From the NCBI RefSeq assembly GCF_033153115.1, contig NW_026889803.1, forward strand, positions 42,966,001 through 43,030,000: a DNA stretch of 64,000 bases, read 5' to 3'. The notes under the pieces were generated by a model, which did no database searches, was not told where the DNA came from, and saw nothing but the letters and a program-made list of their open reading frames with translations. Below are positions 13,236 through 25,755 of this stretch, in pieces. The translations under genes and the position numbers were made by a program. Each line of letters begins with the position of its first letter. Positions within the stretch are counted from its first letter, which is position 1. The DNA comes from Saccostrea echinata. Taxonomy: Eukaryota.

Positions 13236-14447
13236 TAAATGATAGCACACCAGAAAAGGCATATGCTTATACATAGAAATCAATGAATTTTACCTTGTCG
13301 AAAATACTTAGTTTCAAGTATAGTTCACCGTTAATTTTGTTTCAATCTGCATGTGTATATCGGTGACTCATTTTGTTTACTGAACATTGCATGCGTCCCC
13401 CAAACTAAGGATGGTAAATTGCACCTATTACGTACAGAGACAGACGCGACATTTGGAGGCAAGCCCAGATTTTCCAGATGATTTCGGAATTTGCATCCTC
13501 ACAATGTCAAGGTCAAAGACAAGTCATATTTGTTTACAAAACTAAAGCTGTTTTCTGATTGGTTCCAGTCCTAGATCAGGAACAAATGAAATAGTAACTT
13601 TCTAGCCCAATTTTTAAATAACGACTTACGTCAAGGGTTTGTGTGGAGTTCCGAAATCACAAAACCTTAACATTGTGAGGATGCGGTATTTTCTCCTATT
13701 TACTACTACAGCTTAACTCAAAATTGTATATTTGTTAAAATTTAGGTACCACGTCAAGATTAATATGCATCTATGAATGCTAAAAGTTGATCATTATAAG
13801 ACCATGTACATGTATATAGCCAGATTTGAATATTTTAAACAAAGTCGAGTCAATAGTTTCCATTTGAGGTATAAAACGGAATTACCTTATGCAGTATAGT
13901 TCTAATCCTGTTTTTCAATGTCCACTTTTTTTCATTATTTACTCGTATTTGACATGGCCAGAATCAACGGTTTCCATTTGGGATGTAAAAAGGAACTATA
14001 TTATGCAGGAGTACTCTGATCCTGTTTCTGTCCACCTTTTCATTATTTATTTGAAATGGCGAAAAGGCAAGATCTCAAGTATACAGTTGTTGGCATTAGA
14101 AATAAATTAATGTCACCTATATTTATACTACATGTACATGTATGTACATTCAATAATCATTTCAATCATGAAAAGAATAATTGAATTTATTGTCCCTTTT
14201 AATCTCATTTTAGTTTTTAATTACAATAAACAATAAATGGTAGAATTATATACGAGAAGGGGTAAATTTCATGTGTGACTTAAGGCTGGCAAAAGTTATT
14301 CAAATTAAGACTCGGCGAGGGAAGATTTGTGTACGCAACTTATGTCAAGGTGATCGATGAGCAACTAATCAATCTGTTATCGATTAAGATGAAGATGAAT
14401 TGATAAAATGGACTTTCATAATTATCATATATATATAGAGAGAGAAA

Positions 14448-14975
14448 CCGGCTGGACCGGCAATCGAACCAGGGTTCTCTGTATCACCAGTCAAGTGCTC
14501 TAACCACTGAGCTATCCAGGCTAATATCCACGACCCAAACCTTACATTCCTCCCTCCTTAAATTGTATTCGCCCTAGAAGACAACCCAAGTTCTTTTTAC
14601 CCCTGGCAGGACTTTCACCTACAAGTCCAGGGGTAGTCCGAAATATCTGACGTTTTCCTGGCTTTTTTTTTTACGATTTTGATATTTTACGTGCCAGCAT
14701 TATATATATTATTATAGTCCAGGGGTGGTCAATGGTACCAAATTATGTAACAGGAAAGGAGAAAATGTATGGCTGGACCGGAAATCGAACCCGGCCGGGA
14801 CTTCTGCATCACTCGCAGGACTTTTACAGGGTGTGCAAGTCCAGAGGTGGTCAAGTTCAACGGCACCAAATTATGTAGCAAAAAAGAAGAACATGTATGG
14901 CTGTACCGGGAATCGAATCCGGGACCTCGGTATCACAAGTCAGGAGCTCTAAACTACACTGAACTACCCAGCCTG
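14448..14975 (-). repeat. Cluster of three degenerate tRNA-like (SINE-head) sequences
   Basis: Reverse complement of 14448-14521 reads GCCTGGATAGCTCAGTGGTTAGAGCAC...GGTTCGATTGCCGGTCCAGCC; related copies near 14770-14815 and 14899-14973 within a duplicated ~130-bp unit. Confidence 0.65.
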
Positions 14976-16155
14976 ATATCCACGGCACAAAACCATATAC
15001 ATGTATATAATAGTAGAAAGTTTATCAATGTAAAACTCACTTTCAGTTTCCATCGTGGTGTCTGCCATTTTACTGTAAATCTAATTAAGATTCAGGCTAA
15101 GATCCCATATTCCTTTATGATTTACTATATCAAAAAGTGATTTACTTCAGTTATTTTAAACTTAATAATACAGCTGGTTTATGAGGTCACAGATCAAACT
15201 GGTCACGCGATTTGTTAACAATGTACATAGTCACACGTGGCAAATGAATCGAAGTTCTACTGAAGCAGAAATGAAAGTTTCCCTCACTGCCTACAACTGT
15301 AGTCAGTGACGGCCACTGTCAATATTTGGACACAGATCCTCATATGTTGCATAATGTACGGAGTCTGACATGCAAGGAAGCTGTCCTGTGGTGATAAGTC
15401 GAAGTTACAGTACACAAAGTGTTAACTTACTCCTACTTTATAAAAAATTATAATGCATTAGGCTTGATTTGTTCAGTCATCAACATAAATGCTATGTTTA
15501 CATTGTCATTTTATTTTTGCAGGTTTCATTAAAACGCTCAAATATAACGATGCATTTTAGTAAAGCGTTTAATCCGACTTTTTCTGATATACATACATAA
15601 TCATAATACTGAAAGTACTGGGATGCGCTGAACAATAATATATATATATATACCATAGCTGAGGACTACCCTATCCCATCCCTTCCCGGAGGTGTGATGG
15701 TTGGAACAAACTTGAATATGTACAGTGTGAGGAAGATTTCGAATAAATTTTATTCTTTCTATCTTATTTCCTGTTTATTGAAATTGGTTTTGTAGACTGT
15801 CTCGCATTGTAAGCGATTTCAAGTTAATTTGGACTCATTTTCAAGAAAAGTATCATGAAACATTTAAGTTTAACGATTTTAAGCCAGATAGTTCACATAT
15901 ACAACTTGAAAAAAAACCCCATAGTTTTACTCGATGTTTTAAAATTTATGGAAATTTACAATATAAATTCGGCCATTTCTGTCAAGCGTGAGGGATAGAG
16001 ATGTCGTTTTTTCCATGCAAAGATTATATTCGCCGGTATTGAATCCGAACGTGCATTACACCGTGAAGTCATTGACGGCAAGCAGCGGCAATCACATCGA
16101 TGGATCCCTTTCCGAAGTTGCGGCCATTATCTTTATGTTAAACTCTCTTAGACAT

Positions 16156-16820
16156 TAAAGAAGATGGGCCAACAAAGAGAGCAAAATGCCTTTTGTGCGA
16201 CGAATATGAAAGTGAAAAATTAATTCTCAATTATGACAAAATTTTTTTTTGATATTTCATTTAACATTAATAACGTAAACTAAAGATAAGTAAAATCTCT
16301 ACAAATTGCAACAATCTCACAAAGTATACATACACCAAAGACAAAAAATATTATCTTCATACAAAAAAAAAAATTTTCCATATGAGTGGATCTTCGCCCC
16401 CCCCCCTTTTTTTTTTTGAAAGATTATATTATGTGTAAAATATACATTTGTCAGTAAACAAAAAATGGAGCAAAGACCAACTATAACTTAAAAATACCTT
16501 CTATGACACAACATTCGTGTCTTTCTGAGAAATATTTGAAGTCCATTTAGTCAAGGGCCATATCACAAGCATGATTTAAATGCCGATATTTATTTTGTTA
16601 TGAGTGGTATAGCGTAGTGGTTAGCGTGTTAGTCTCGAAGGATCAAAAATTTATACTGAGGATTTTTATTACTTGCGTTCGAATCCCAAGAATATTACAT
16701 TTTTTTAAAACAGAGAATGTTTTGCCGAAAGACTTTTCCGCAGAAAAGTTTTATTTGTTATAATTTCATACCTTTCAATGATAAGAACTTTGCTCTAAAT
16801 ACTAAATTCATAAACTGAAT
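16156..16820. mobile_element. Dispersed DNA-transposon-like repeat homologous to 49097-49715, containing a tRNA-like segment
   Basis: Starts ttaaagaagatgggc; shared blocks taaaatctc..ttgcaacaatctcacaa, catacaccaaaga and atttaaatgcc; tagcgtagtggttagcg...gttcgaatccc at 16610-16687. Confidence 0.6.
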
Positions 16821-18733
16821 ATGACTATTACACATTTAGAGCTACAGACATTTTCACTTCTCCTTTGCTGCTGTTTTACTGTAATAGTTGAAACTCAAAG
16901 GTTCGTCTCAAAGCAGAAAGTTTGGGGGAAAATTAACTATCGATATCGGGTATTTACCGGTATGTTTTTGTTTTGTTTTTTGTTTGTTTGGTTTTTTTGT
17001 TGTTGCTTTTTTGAGATAAAATGCAAAATGTGATGACGTTGATACCGTTAAACACTGTTACAGCTTCAACATTATCAAATACTGTTAAATAGAACAATCA
17101 ATATAATGCAAATCCAAAATTGCTAGAATAATGTCATTTTAAATGTCATAAAGTAGCAAATAAATAGTCCAAAATGTCCAAATCGCAACCAATTTTTTAA
17201 AAACAGAAGTCTCTGATTAGGCTGTAGCTCTATTGGTTTGTACTAAGAAAAGGGAAGATAAAAGCTGCATCTTAATTTATAAGTTAGTATGACAACATCA
17301 ACAAATAGAATTATGATCTTTGTTTTATTCTACTGAAGTACCAATTAATTTTTATTGAAATCAGACCAAAAACAGTTGAAGGTGAAGCGTTTTGAAGGAA
17401 TTCCAAGACAATGTGATTTTAGTAAACCATTGGAGCATCGTTCTTCTGTAATCCAAGTGTGTATCTTTTTATACAAAGTAGTCGGACTGTAGAATACAGT
17501 GTAGGAAGTTTATTGAATCGGACTAAAATTTTAGGAGGAATAGTACAGAAATTTCTATTAATTTTTCATTTAAAATGGCGACATCCCCTTTTTTAAAATC
17601 AAAGTCTGTTGTGTTATACCGAATTGTGTATCATTGTGTAAAGTTTACTTTTACCAAGTTTTATTAAAATTAGACTAAAACTGTACAGCAAGAATAGCAT
17701 TTTGAAAGAATTTCTCCACAGTTGAGAATTTTACTCATCAATCCATAATTTATCAAATCGTAACTAATAATTAACCAGACATAATTAATGTTTTTAAAGC
17801 TTTTTTCATTCATATGAAAAGAAGCGTTCGTAGTTGTTGTTTTTTAAAGAAATGACAGAGTTGTTATTTGTTTTATGGAAAGTTGGAAACATGGGATGTC
17901 AACGAACAAAGTTAACCATATTTGACGTAAAGCAGACGATAACAAATCAGAGCTACTTAAATAAAGGAACTCCCCCGCTTTAATTTATCTTCTTAAGACA
18001 CACATATATACCTTTCCCTGTAATCTACACCTGTCTTTGAAATGATGCATTTTCTTGACTTTATTTTCTATACATATCCAAATCAACCAACGTGAATTGG
18101 CGTTGCTTTACACTTTCGAACTTTATTACCTGTGATAAAGATGAATTATTCATTTGAACCAGATAAGAGTTATTTTATTTCAATAGGTTTGAAATCGATG
18201 AACTTGACGTTGACACAATTGAATGTAAATGTAGTTCATATAGCAAAATAAGCATAATGTTTTTATGAAATATTATCTAAATAATGCAGTGGTAAAACTT
18301 GTTGAATGGATGTAGGTTAGGCTGTCACAGACTTAGTTTAGTGAAAAACTTCTGACGTGTCTTATAATTGTAGTATTTAGCCGCTGGCTACATTAAGTCA
18401 ACAAGTGTTCCATTGTAAATATGTATATACATATGCAGTCATTCAGTAGGTTTTTTCTCAGTTGAGTTTGAAGATATTTTTTTCTCTCAAATAGATCGCC
18501 ATGTACTTTATCTGATAAAATCCTATTCAATTTTTTTTAATACATTATCTGCAAAATCAAATGCCAGACACAAAAAAAAAAGGGACAGAAATATGATATC
18601 AAAGGTTGGTGAATATCCGAGGAAAGTAAAGACTTACCTATTTAGAATTAATGTACCGATAAACCCCTCGCCTTCTTCACAATTCTGAAGTATGTTTAGT
18701 TGGGTCCTATTCTTAAGAAGCCCACAGTTTTGG

Positions 18734-18747
18734 TGAGTCACGTGACT
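18734..18747. promoter_or_regulatory. Palindromic E-box/CLEAR-type motif AGTCACGTGACT overlapping an AP-1 site TGAGTCA; candidate UNC93A promoter element
   Basis: tgagtcacgtgact lies ~100 bp upstream (minus sense) of a consensus donor AG|GTAAGT at 18638/18637. Confidence 0.4.
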
Positions 18748-19949
18748 TCGGCTGTCATCTAGTAAAGAGACAAGAACAGACGGGAGTTTGTTTGTTTCCA
18801 TTATTTACTTCCTAAAATTTATACCTGTATTACGTAAAGCATATAAACACTTTAGGTGCAGCTGATACATTTTTGTAGGTCTTCACTGTTATCACTGTTC
18901 AAACGAAAAGAGTTCTTTATATGTAAGAAATAATTAAGTACTTGAACATGAGGGGCTATTTTGAATGATTTTTTTCACCGTCGAGAATTTTTAATGGAAA
19001 GATCACGGATTTTACTTTCCAGCAAAATTAGGCAATAAGCTTACTATAGTTTTCCAAAAGAAATGGTTAGCTGTTTTTCTTAGGTCTAACGTTTGAACGT
19101 TTCAAAGACGTTACTAGTATGCGTTGAGTGATCCTAGATCTGACATGTAGGACTAAATTACAGTTTGGACTGTTCCAGGAATAATGCAATATTTAAAGTA
19201 ACAGACTGATAAAATTGTTTTAGTTAACTGGAAGTGATGTGCTTTTGGATGAGGTAATGTGTTAAACTAAAATTTTAAATATTTTTCAATTTAGACAAGT
19301 CTATTACAATTGAGTTAATTCCCCGTTCACGATTCACGGAGGATGTAATACGATATAGCCAGGATTTTTGCTATTGCAGCTTTTTACAGACTTGTTTACA
19401 TTCATTATCCATGAAAGAAATGTTTAAACAAAGCCAGATATTTAAGGTTTAATGCTTCCGAAGGTACCATTATTATTAACGTTTAAAAGAAGTTTTACAA
19501 ATATTTGTCAATACTCTTAAAATTATTTTGCTCTTGTTTATACCTCACAGAATTTTTGCTCTACTGAATTCTAAATGAATTATCTTTTTTTCCTTAGATA
19601 GTTGTTTGTGGGCACGATCGAGTAACAGAAGGGAAATAAACTGGGCGAAATCACCTTTTTTTCCACAACTCTTGTCCTGCTTGGAGCCTTTAAACCATCG
19701 TCTAGTCATATTGCAGAATTTATTTGATAAAATAAAATATGTCAGAAAGGACATCAGCCTTAATTATGACAAATATATATATCGTAACCAGATGTTAATT
19801 GAGTCGGAGGATGGTATTACATCGAATAAAATGTTTTAATGCCTCAACATTAGAGTAAAGAGCTAGTTTCAGATGAAAAAAAGAAAAACTAGTGGGTATT
19901 GTTTTTTTCTTTTTACAAAAAAAAACACATGTCTCCCCTTCTTTACCAA

Positions 19950-21295
19950 CATTAACGAGTGCAATAATATGACCAGGGTCAAAAATAATAATGCAGTGAA
20001 TCTCAACTCAAATTCTGTGTACAAAATTTCAAGTTTTCATGTCAAACAGATCTCAAGTAATGGTCTGAATTTGATTTTCTTAATTTGACCTTGAAGAAAG
20101 TGGTCAAGGTCAAAATATTTTGATGCAGTGCATTTAGTCTCAATGTTGTCTTTCCTTGTTCAAAGTTTAAAAATCCTAATGTCAAATAGTTCTCAATTTA
20201 TGACCTAGACTGTATTTTCATGTAAAAGATTGACCTTGACTTTATTAATAGGTCAAGGTGAAAAAAATGTTGGCATTCACCCTTCCTCTATACCACCTCT
20301 CCATGTTCCAAGTTTGAAGTCTTAATGTCAGGGTTCTCAAGTTATGGTCTAGTCGTGTATTCTCTATTTGACCTTGAGGAAAGGGGTCAAGGTCAAAAAT
20401 TTGATGCGGTGCATCTTGTAACAATGTCTTCTTTCTATGTTACAAGTTTGAAGTCCTAATATCAAAGGGTACTCAAGCTAAGGCATGGACTCTATTTTGA
20501 TGTAAAAAAAAAAAAAAGACCTTGACCTTATAATAAATGGACAAAGGTCAAAAATGTTGGTGCCATGCATCCCTCCTTTATACTACCACTTCTGCATGTT
20601 CCATGTTTGAAGTCTTTATAACAAAGGATTCTTCAGTTATGATCTAATCAAGTTTTTTACCTATTTGACCTTGGAGGAAGAAAAGAGGTAAAGGTCAAAA
20701 TTTTGGAGTGTTGCATCCTGTAACAATGTCTTCTTTCTATGTTACAAGTTTGAAGTCCTAATATCAAAGGGAACTCAAGCTATGGCTTGGAATTTATTTT
20801 GATGTAAAAGATTGACCTTGACCTTATAAAAAATGAATCAAGGTCAAAAATTTTGGTGGCTTGCATCCCTCCTTTATACCATCTCTGCATGTTCCAAGTT
20901 TGAAGTCTTAATGTCAAAGGGTTCTCAAGTTATGGTCAGATCGTGTTTTTTCTCTATTTGACCTTGGAGGTAGAAAGGGGTCAAGGTCAAAATTCTAATG
21001 CAATGCATCTTGTCTCAATGTCTTCTTCCTATGTTACAAGTTTGAAGTCCTAATATGAAAGGGATCTCAAGTTATGGGCTGAACTCTATTTTGATGTAAA
21101 AGATTGACCTTGATAAATAGACCAAGGTCAAAAATGTTGGTGGCGTACACTCCTTCTCAGTGTCATCTATCTATGTTCCAAGTTTAAAGTCTTAATGTCA
21201 AAGGGTATTTAAGTCACGCCCGGACAAAATTTGGATGAAGAAGAAGAAGAAAATCGACAAAAACAATATGTCTCCCCTGGAAGGGGAGACATAAT
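19950..21295. repeat. Tandem array (~135-155-bp monomers in ~300-bp dimers) in a Helitron-like element
   Basis: About 8 recurrences of tcaaggtcaaaa and caagtttgaagtc; terminal hairpin atgtctcccct-gga-aggggagacat near 21268-21292. Confidence 0.8.
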
Positions 21296-23017
21296 AAAGG
21301 GGGGTATTTCAAAGCAGCTTAATCTGAGCTGCAGAGTCGTAGTATATTACTATGATACATGTATAAGGCTTAAAGAAAAGAGAAAAATTATAGAGTGTGT
21401 ACAAATTCCACATCCATGACCTTGTTTAATCTTTCATACATTAGACTACATTTGTACGATACTGTTGCAGTGGTACTTTGATATTTACTAGGCGGAATTT
21501 CAGACATTAGCAAATGGTAGGACGAAGATGCCGATGGATACCCAAAACCCAGACTGAAGTTAGGGAGTTGTATAAAATACAGTGATAAGCAGGGTAAAGG
21601 TCTTCTGGCCATTCAACTGGAATTCACATTGCTTGCAATTAAAGCGGATATTTTTCATTGAGTAAATATATAGTTTAACACCATGTTTGAATGATTGGCA
21701 GCATCTTTGATAAGAGTAAGAAGTTTTTTAGTGTGATTGACAAACTGTAGATTTATTTCTATAATTTTACTCTTGTTATGGAGATTGTATCTATTGTAAA
21801 AGTGAAAACCATTTTGTTCATGACACAATAAATATTTTAATATATTTTGCAAAGCATAAATGCACTTTGGTGATTCTTTTTCAAAGCAAAGTTGAATTTC
21901 GATATTTTTGTTGGACTTAAGTATAAATTAAATTTGTATGAAACAGTATCCAAACATTGTTTTGCATCTCATTTACTATTAAATTTATCTTCAGACGAAC
22001 TAGAAGAATTTTGTTGACAAGAAATAGACTGTTTTAACCAAATCCTAGCACCGTAAAAATTCGGAACACAACAAGAGGGCAACACCTTTGATAACCCACT
22101 ATGTACTAACCAATAGCCTCGTCCATTAGGGAACTGAGTAGGTATTGGACAAGGAAGTTGACACGTAGTATATAACCTCAACTTATTCGTAGAACCATCG
22201 ACATGGAGTACTGATCTTTAAATCATTCATAACTTTATCGGACATTCCATGGTTGTCCTGCAGACCAGACTGTTTTAAATTTCTTTTCTCTGTAATCCTT
22301 CATTTCAAACACGTATATCATAGTATATGTAACTCTTATCTCGATTTAAAAATTACGATCGCGTGGGTGACCTTTGAATTACTGTTACTCGTCAATCAAA
22401 GGTTTATACTTAATATATTTTTTCGTAGAGAAATTCATGTATGTCATCTGAATATAAAATAAAATGATATTTATATAGATCTACACGCAAACCATTCAAA
22501 AAATATTTCTTGTATGTCTTATTGAACAAATATTTAAAACAAAATGTTATCTATGATTTGTGTATAGCATATTAGACAATTTTCAATCAAAGGACGTCGA
22601 GATAGAACATTTGGAGAATTTGGACAGAAAAAAAATGTATCCTAGCAACGATATCTGACCGAGACTACTTAATCCTAGCGCACCCTTCTTAAAAGGTCAT
22701 CCTTGATATATTCTCCATGTCCATTTCCGCTTTTTATCGTACTGGTCCTCAAACATGTCCCATACAATGAGTTACCCTTTATCGTCTGCTTTATTTCCAC
22801 TTGTACAACGATTTTTTTAAACCAAAGAAGTATTCCTAAAATAATCTCTTTCTGACAGATAAATAATCCCACGTGACTTTTACAACCGGGAGAGCTAAAA
22901 CTAAGATAATATCCGTCTTTTCGTTTTTATATGTTTCTTTTGACAATTCAGGGGGTCAAAGCTTTGAAACGGTTTAGGACTCATCTTGACCCCAAAGATT
23001 TTGCCACAAACTTCACT

Positions 23018-23106
23018 CATCTTCGCTAGCCAAGGGTTTCTGATCCGCTGCTCTCATCACAAACACAGAAGACAAGTGGATCAGAAACCCTTGGCTAGCG
23101 AATATG
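23018..23106. mobile_element. 89-bp MITE with 29-bp TIRs and 8-bp TSD
   Basis: catcttcgctagccaagggtttctgatcc ... ggatcagaaacccttggctagcgaatatg, flanked both sides by acttcact; longer relative at 51502-51797. Confidence 0.85.
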
Positions 23107-23884
23107 ACTTCACTATGAAATTACATTGTGGTTGTTTTAAAAAAAGGATCTGCTTAACATATGTTGTGAAAATGTCAGTATCAAGAGACTAATTGTCAAG
23201 AAAAATATTAAACTTGATCCAAAAATAGAACTTTTGTTACTTTTCCAAACACTCCCTTCATCGGTATAGAACTGTCCTTTTTAAGAGGGGTTCATATTTT
23301 GGCACAATATTTCTTCAATCCTGTAAACTATATTACAGTACATAAAATCAATATCTACGTGATAAATAGTCCCAGACCTAACTTTGTTATTTTGAATACC
23401 AATACGCTTAAATAAGTACACGCATAGGATTTAAGAATTTAGACACACTTCATTAAAGGAAGCATAAATATCTAATTTTATTTCAGGTGATGACTTTCAT
23501 ATTAATTCCTAAAACATAAATCCAATTGGATTAAATTAAACCTATCAAATCATAAAAAGATCGGAAATCTCAATGTTTATAACCGTCCCTTGGAACTAGG
23601 GTATGGCCATAATAGGGGATCAAAATTTTACAGTATATTGTTTGAATAACTCTCATATTCACGATATGTTCTAGTGAAAAATCCAAAATATAACATTTGT
23701 TACGTGAATCAATTGATGGCTTCTAAAACGAGCTGGATCCGCAACTTCTAGAGTCAATCGAACATTGGAGAAATCGTCACAAAACTACAATGTGTCGGTG
23801 TTAGTCCTATTTAATTTTATAATTCTTTCGCACTTGTTCGAGTGACTCGATTGACACTGCTTTATATGGTGGTAAATATATATA

Positions 23885-25755
23885 CACTTAACAAAACTTC
23901 TAAGTTTTCACTCTTATAAATGTATTTATTCAAAAATTACATGATGGAATGGTATGATATTTTCAAATTATTAAACCAATGATTTTCCTTAAGGTTTTAC
24001 CAAAGGTCAACATGCCTAAAATTTTATTTTTACAACAGCTCCAAAACTATGTGAGGTATAAAGTTAAAACTTTTACAGTTTATAAATATATCATTGATTA
24101 ACAGATAGAAAGTATCACTTGATAACAAATACTTAAAGAAAGTATTTAACGAGAAAAATTCTTTTTAAAAAATGCATATATTTTTAAAAAAATACACCTA
24201 ATTAATTCCGTACTTTTAGTGAAAGCCATCATTGCAGAAACAATATATGTTTATCAATGAAAGGCAAGTTGGACTTCGATAGCCTCTGGAAAGTTGTTTT
24301 CTTTGTTTATTTTGTCCAAATATTAAGATTTGAAACCGAAAGTACATTGCAAATGGCGGATTTTATAGGGTACTTGTCTTTATACATGTCATGCTTTCAA
24401 TAATAGCCTTTCAGAGACCATTCACGTCCAACTTGCCCTTCATTGATAAACATATATTATTTCTTCAATGATCGTTTTCACTAAAAGTACAGAATTAAGC
24501 AGGTGCATTTTTTTAAAATATGCAAATTTTTTGAAATTGTTTTTTCTCAAAAAATATATTTTTTTTAAATATTTGTTTTTAAGTGATACTCTCTATCTGT
24601 TAATCAATGATATATTTATAAACTGTAAAAGTTTTAACTTTATACCTCACATAGTTTTGGAGCTGTTGTAAAAATAAATTTTTGAGCATGTTGACCTTTG
24701 GTAAAACCTTAACAATTGTGGAAAGAAAATCGAATATCACCGATGAAAATCAATGACCCATGACTAAGCTTAAAATCAATAAATCAGACTTTTGCGGCAC
24801 ATGTTTTGTGTAATCAGCTTCTTTTTGTGACCATTATTGATCTTTAATAACTGGTTTCATTAAAAAACACAAAACATGGGCAAAATGACTATTGAGGAAG
24901 AAGGGAGAGCCGTTGGAATATTGGTGTCTGGATCGTCCTTACGACAAGTAATACTCACTTTTATTTTAGTGTTTATTTGTCCTTGATATTACCTTTAAAA
25001 ATTAACAACCAGTATAAAACGCCATTTAAACACATTTTTCTGTAGGTTACGCTTCATTTTCATCGACAACTTACAACAGTCTGAAAGATTAGAGGCTAAG
25101 GTTTCGCGTCACAAACTAGTTAAAAGATTGTTACATGGTCCTGAACCACTTTAGAAACAGTTTTAAATCAATAACCTCAATGACAAGAAAATGACAACAA
25201 AATGATGCTCATGGCATTCCAATGTCATCTCAAACAGTCTGAATCCTTCTTAAAGAGGGACGCTTAATTACGTGCCAGCCGCCCGAGGAGGGTTTTAGTG
25301 TTGACCAAAAGGCATCTGTGTGATGCCCTGGCCTGCCAAATCAACAGATCAAAATCCCATTGAACTCATTTGGTTATTTTAAAAGGAATGTCAAACCCCT
25401 TCCCCCTCCACGGAATTTCAACGATTTAGATAGATCCATACAGCAAGTTTGGCAGCAGATGGGTCAACCTTCTATTCAGAGGTACATTCTATCCATGAGG
25501 AAACGATGTCTTGCAGTAATTAGAGCGAGAGGTAGTCTTTCTTAATATTGATCATTTTATGTGAATTTTCATTTGAGGGTACATCATATCCTTAACACTT
25601 TGTTTTGAAGTCTGACGAGATACTTAAATGAAATTTACGCAAAATCAACTGAAATATACATCATTAACAATGAATTAAAGATAATACTTATAGTATGCAT
25701 TTATCATTTATATCTAAAAAAATGTTGGGTCTACACTTGGAAGTTTAGTTCAGTG
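23885..25755 (+). mobile_element. Decayed, internally deleted Tc1/mariner transposon
   Basis: TA-flanked TIRs cacttaacaaaacttctaag / cttggaagtttagttcagtg; transposase remnants MGKMTIEEEGRAVGILVSGSSLRQV, PWPAKSTDQNPIELIW (cf. Tc1 WPSQSPDLNPIE) and SMRKRCLAVIRARG. Confidence 0.8.
23993..24708. mobile_element. Foldback MITE with ~300-bp inverted arms and TTAA TSD (Kolobok-like), nested in the Tc1 relic
   Basis: ttaa|ggttttaccaaaggtcaacatgc ... gcatgttgacctttggtaaaacc|ttaa; the arms stay complementary to about 24290/24405. Confidence 0.88.

Noticed and set aside
13493-13684. 20-bp inverted repeat near a candidate UNC93A 5' exon as a structured ncRNA
   Set aside because: Only the ends pair, there is no TSD or RNA-family motif, and it cannot be distinguished from an old MITE.
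14448-14521. Functional tRNA gene
   Set aside because: Acceptor and anticodon stems pair poorly and neighbouring copies are degenerate; better explained as SINE-derived.
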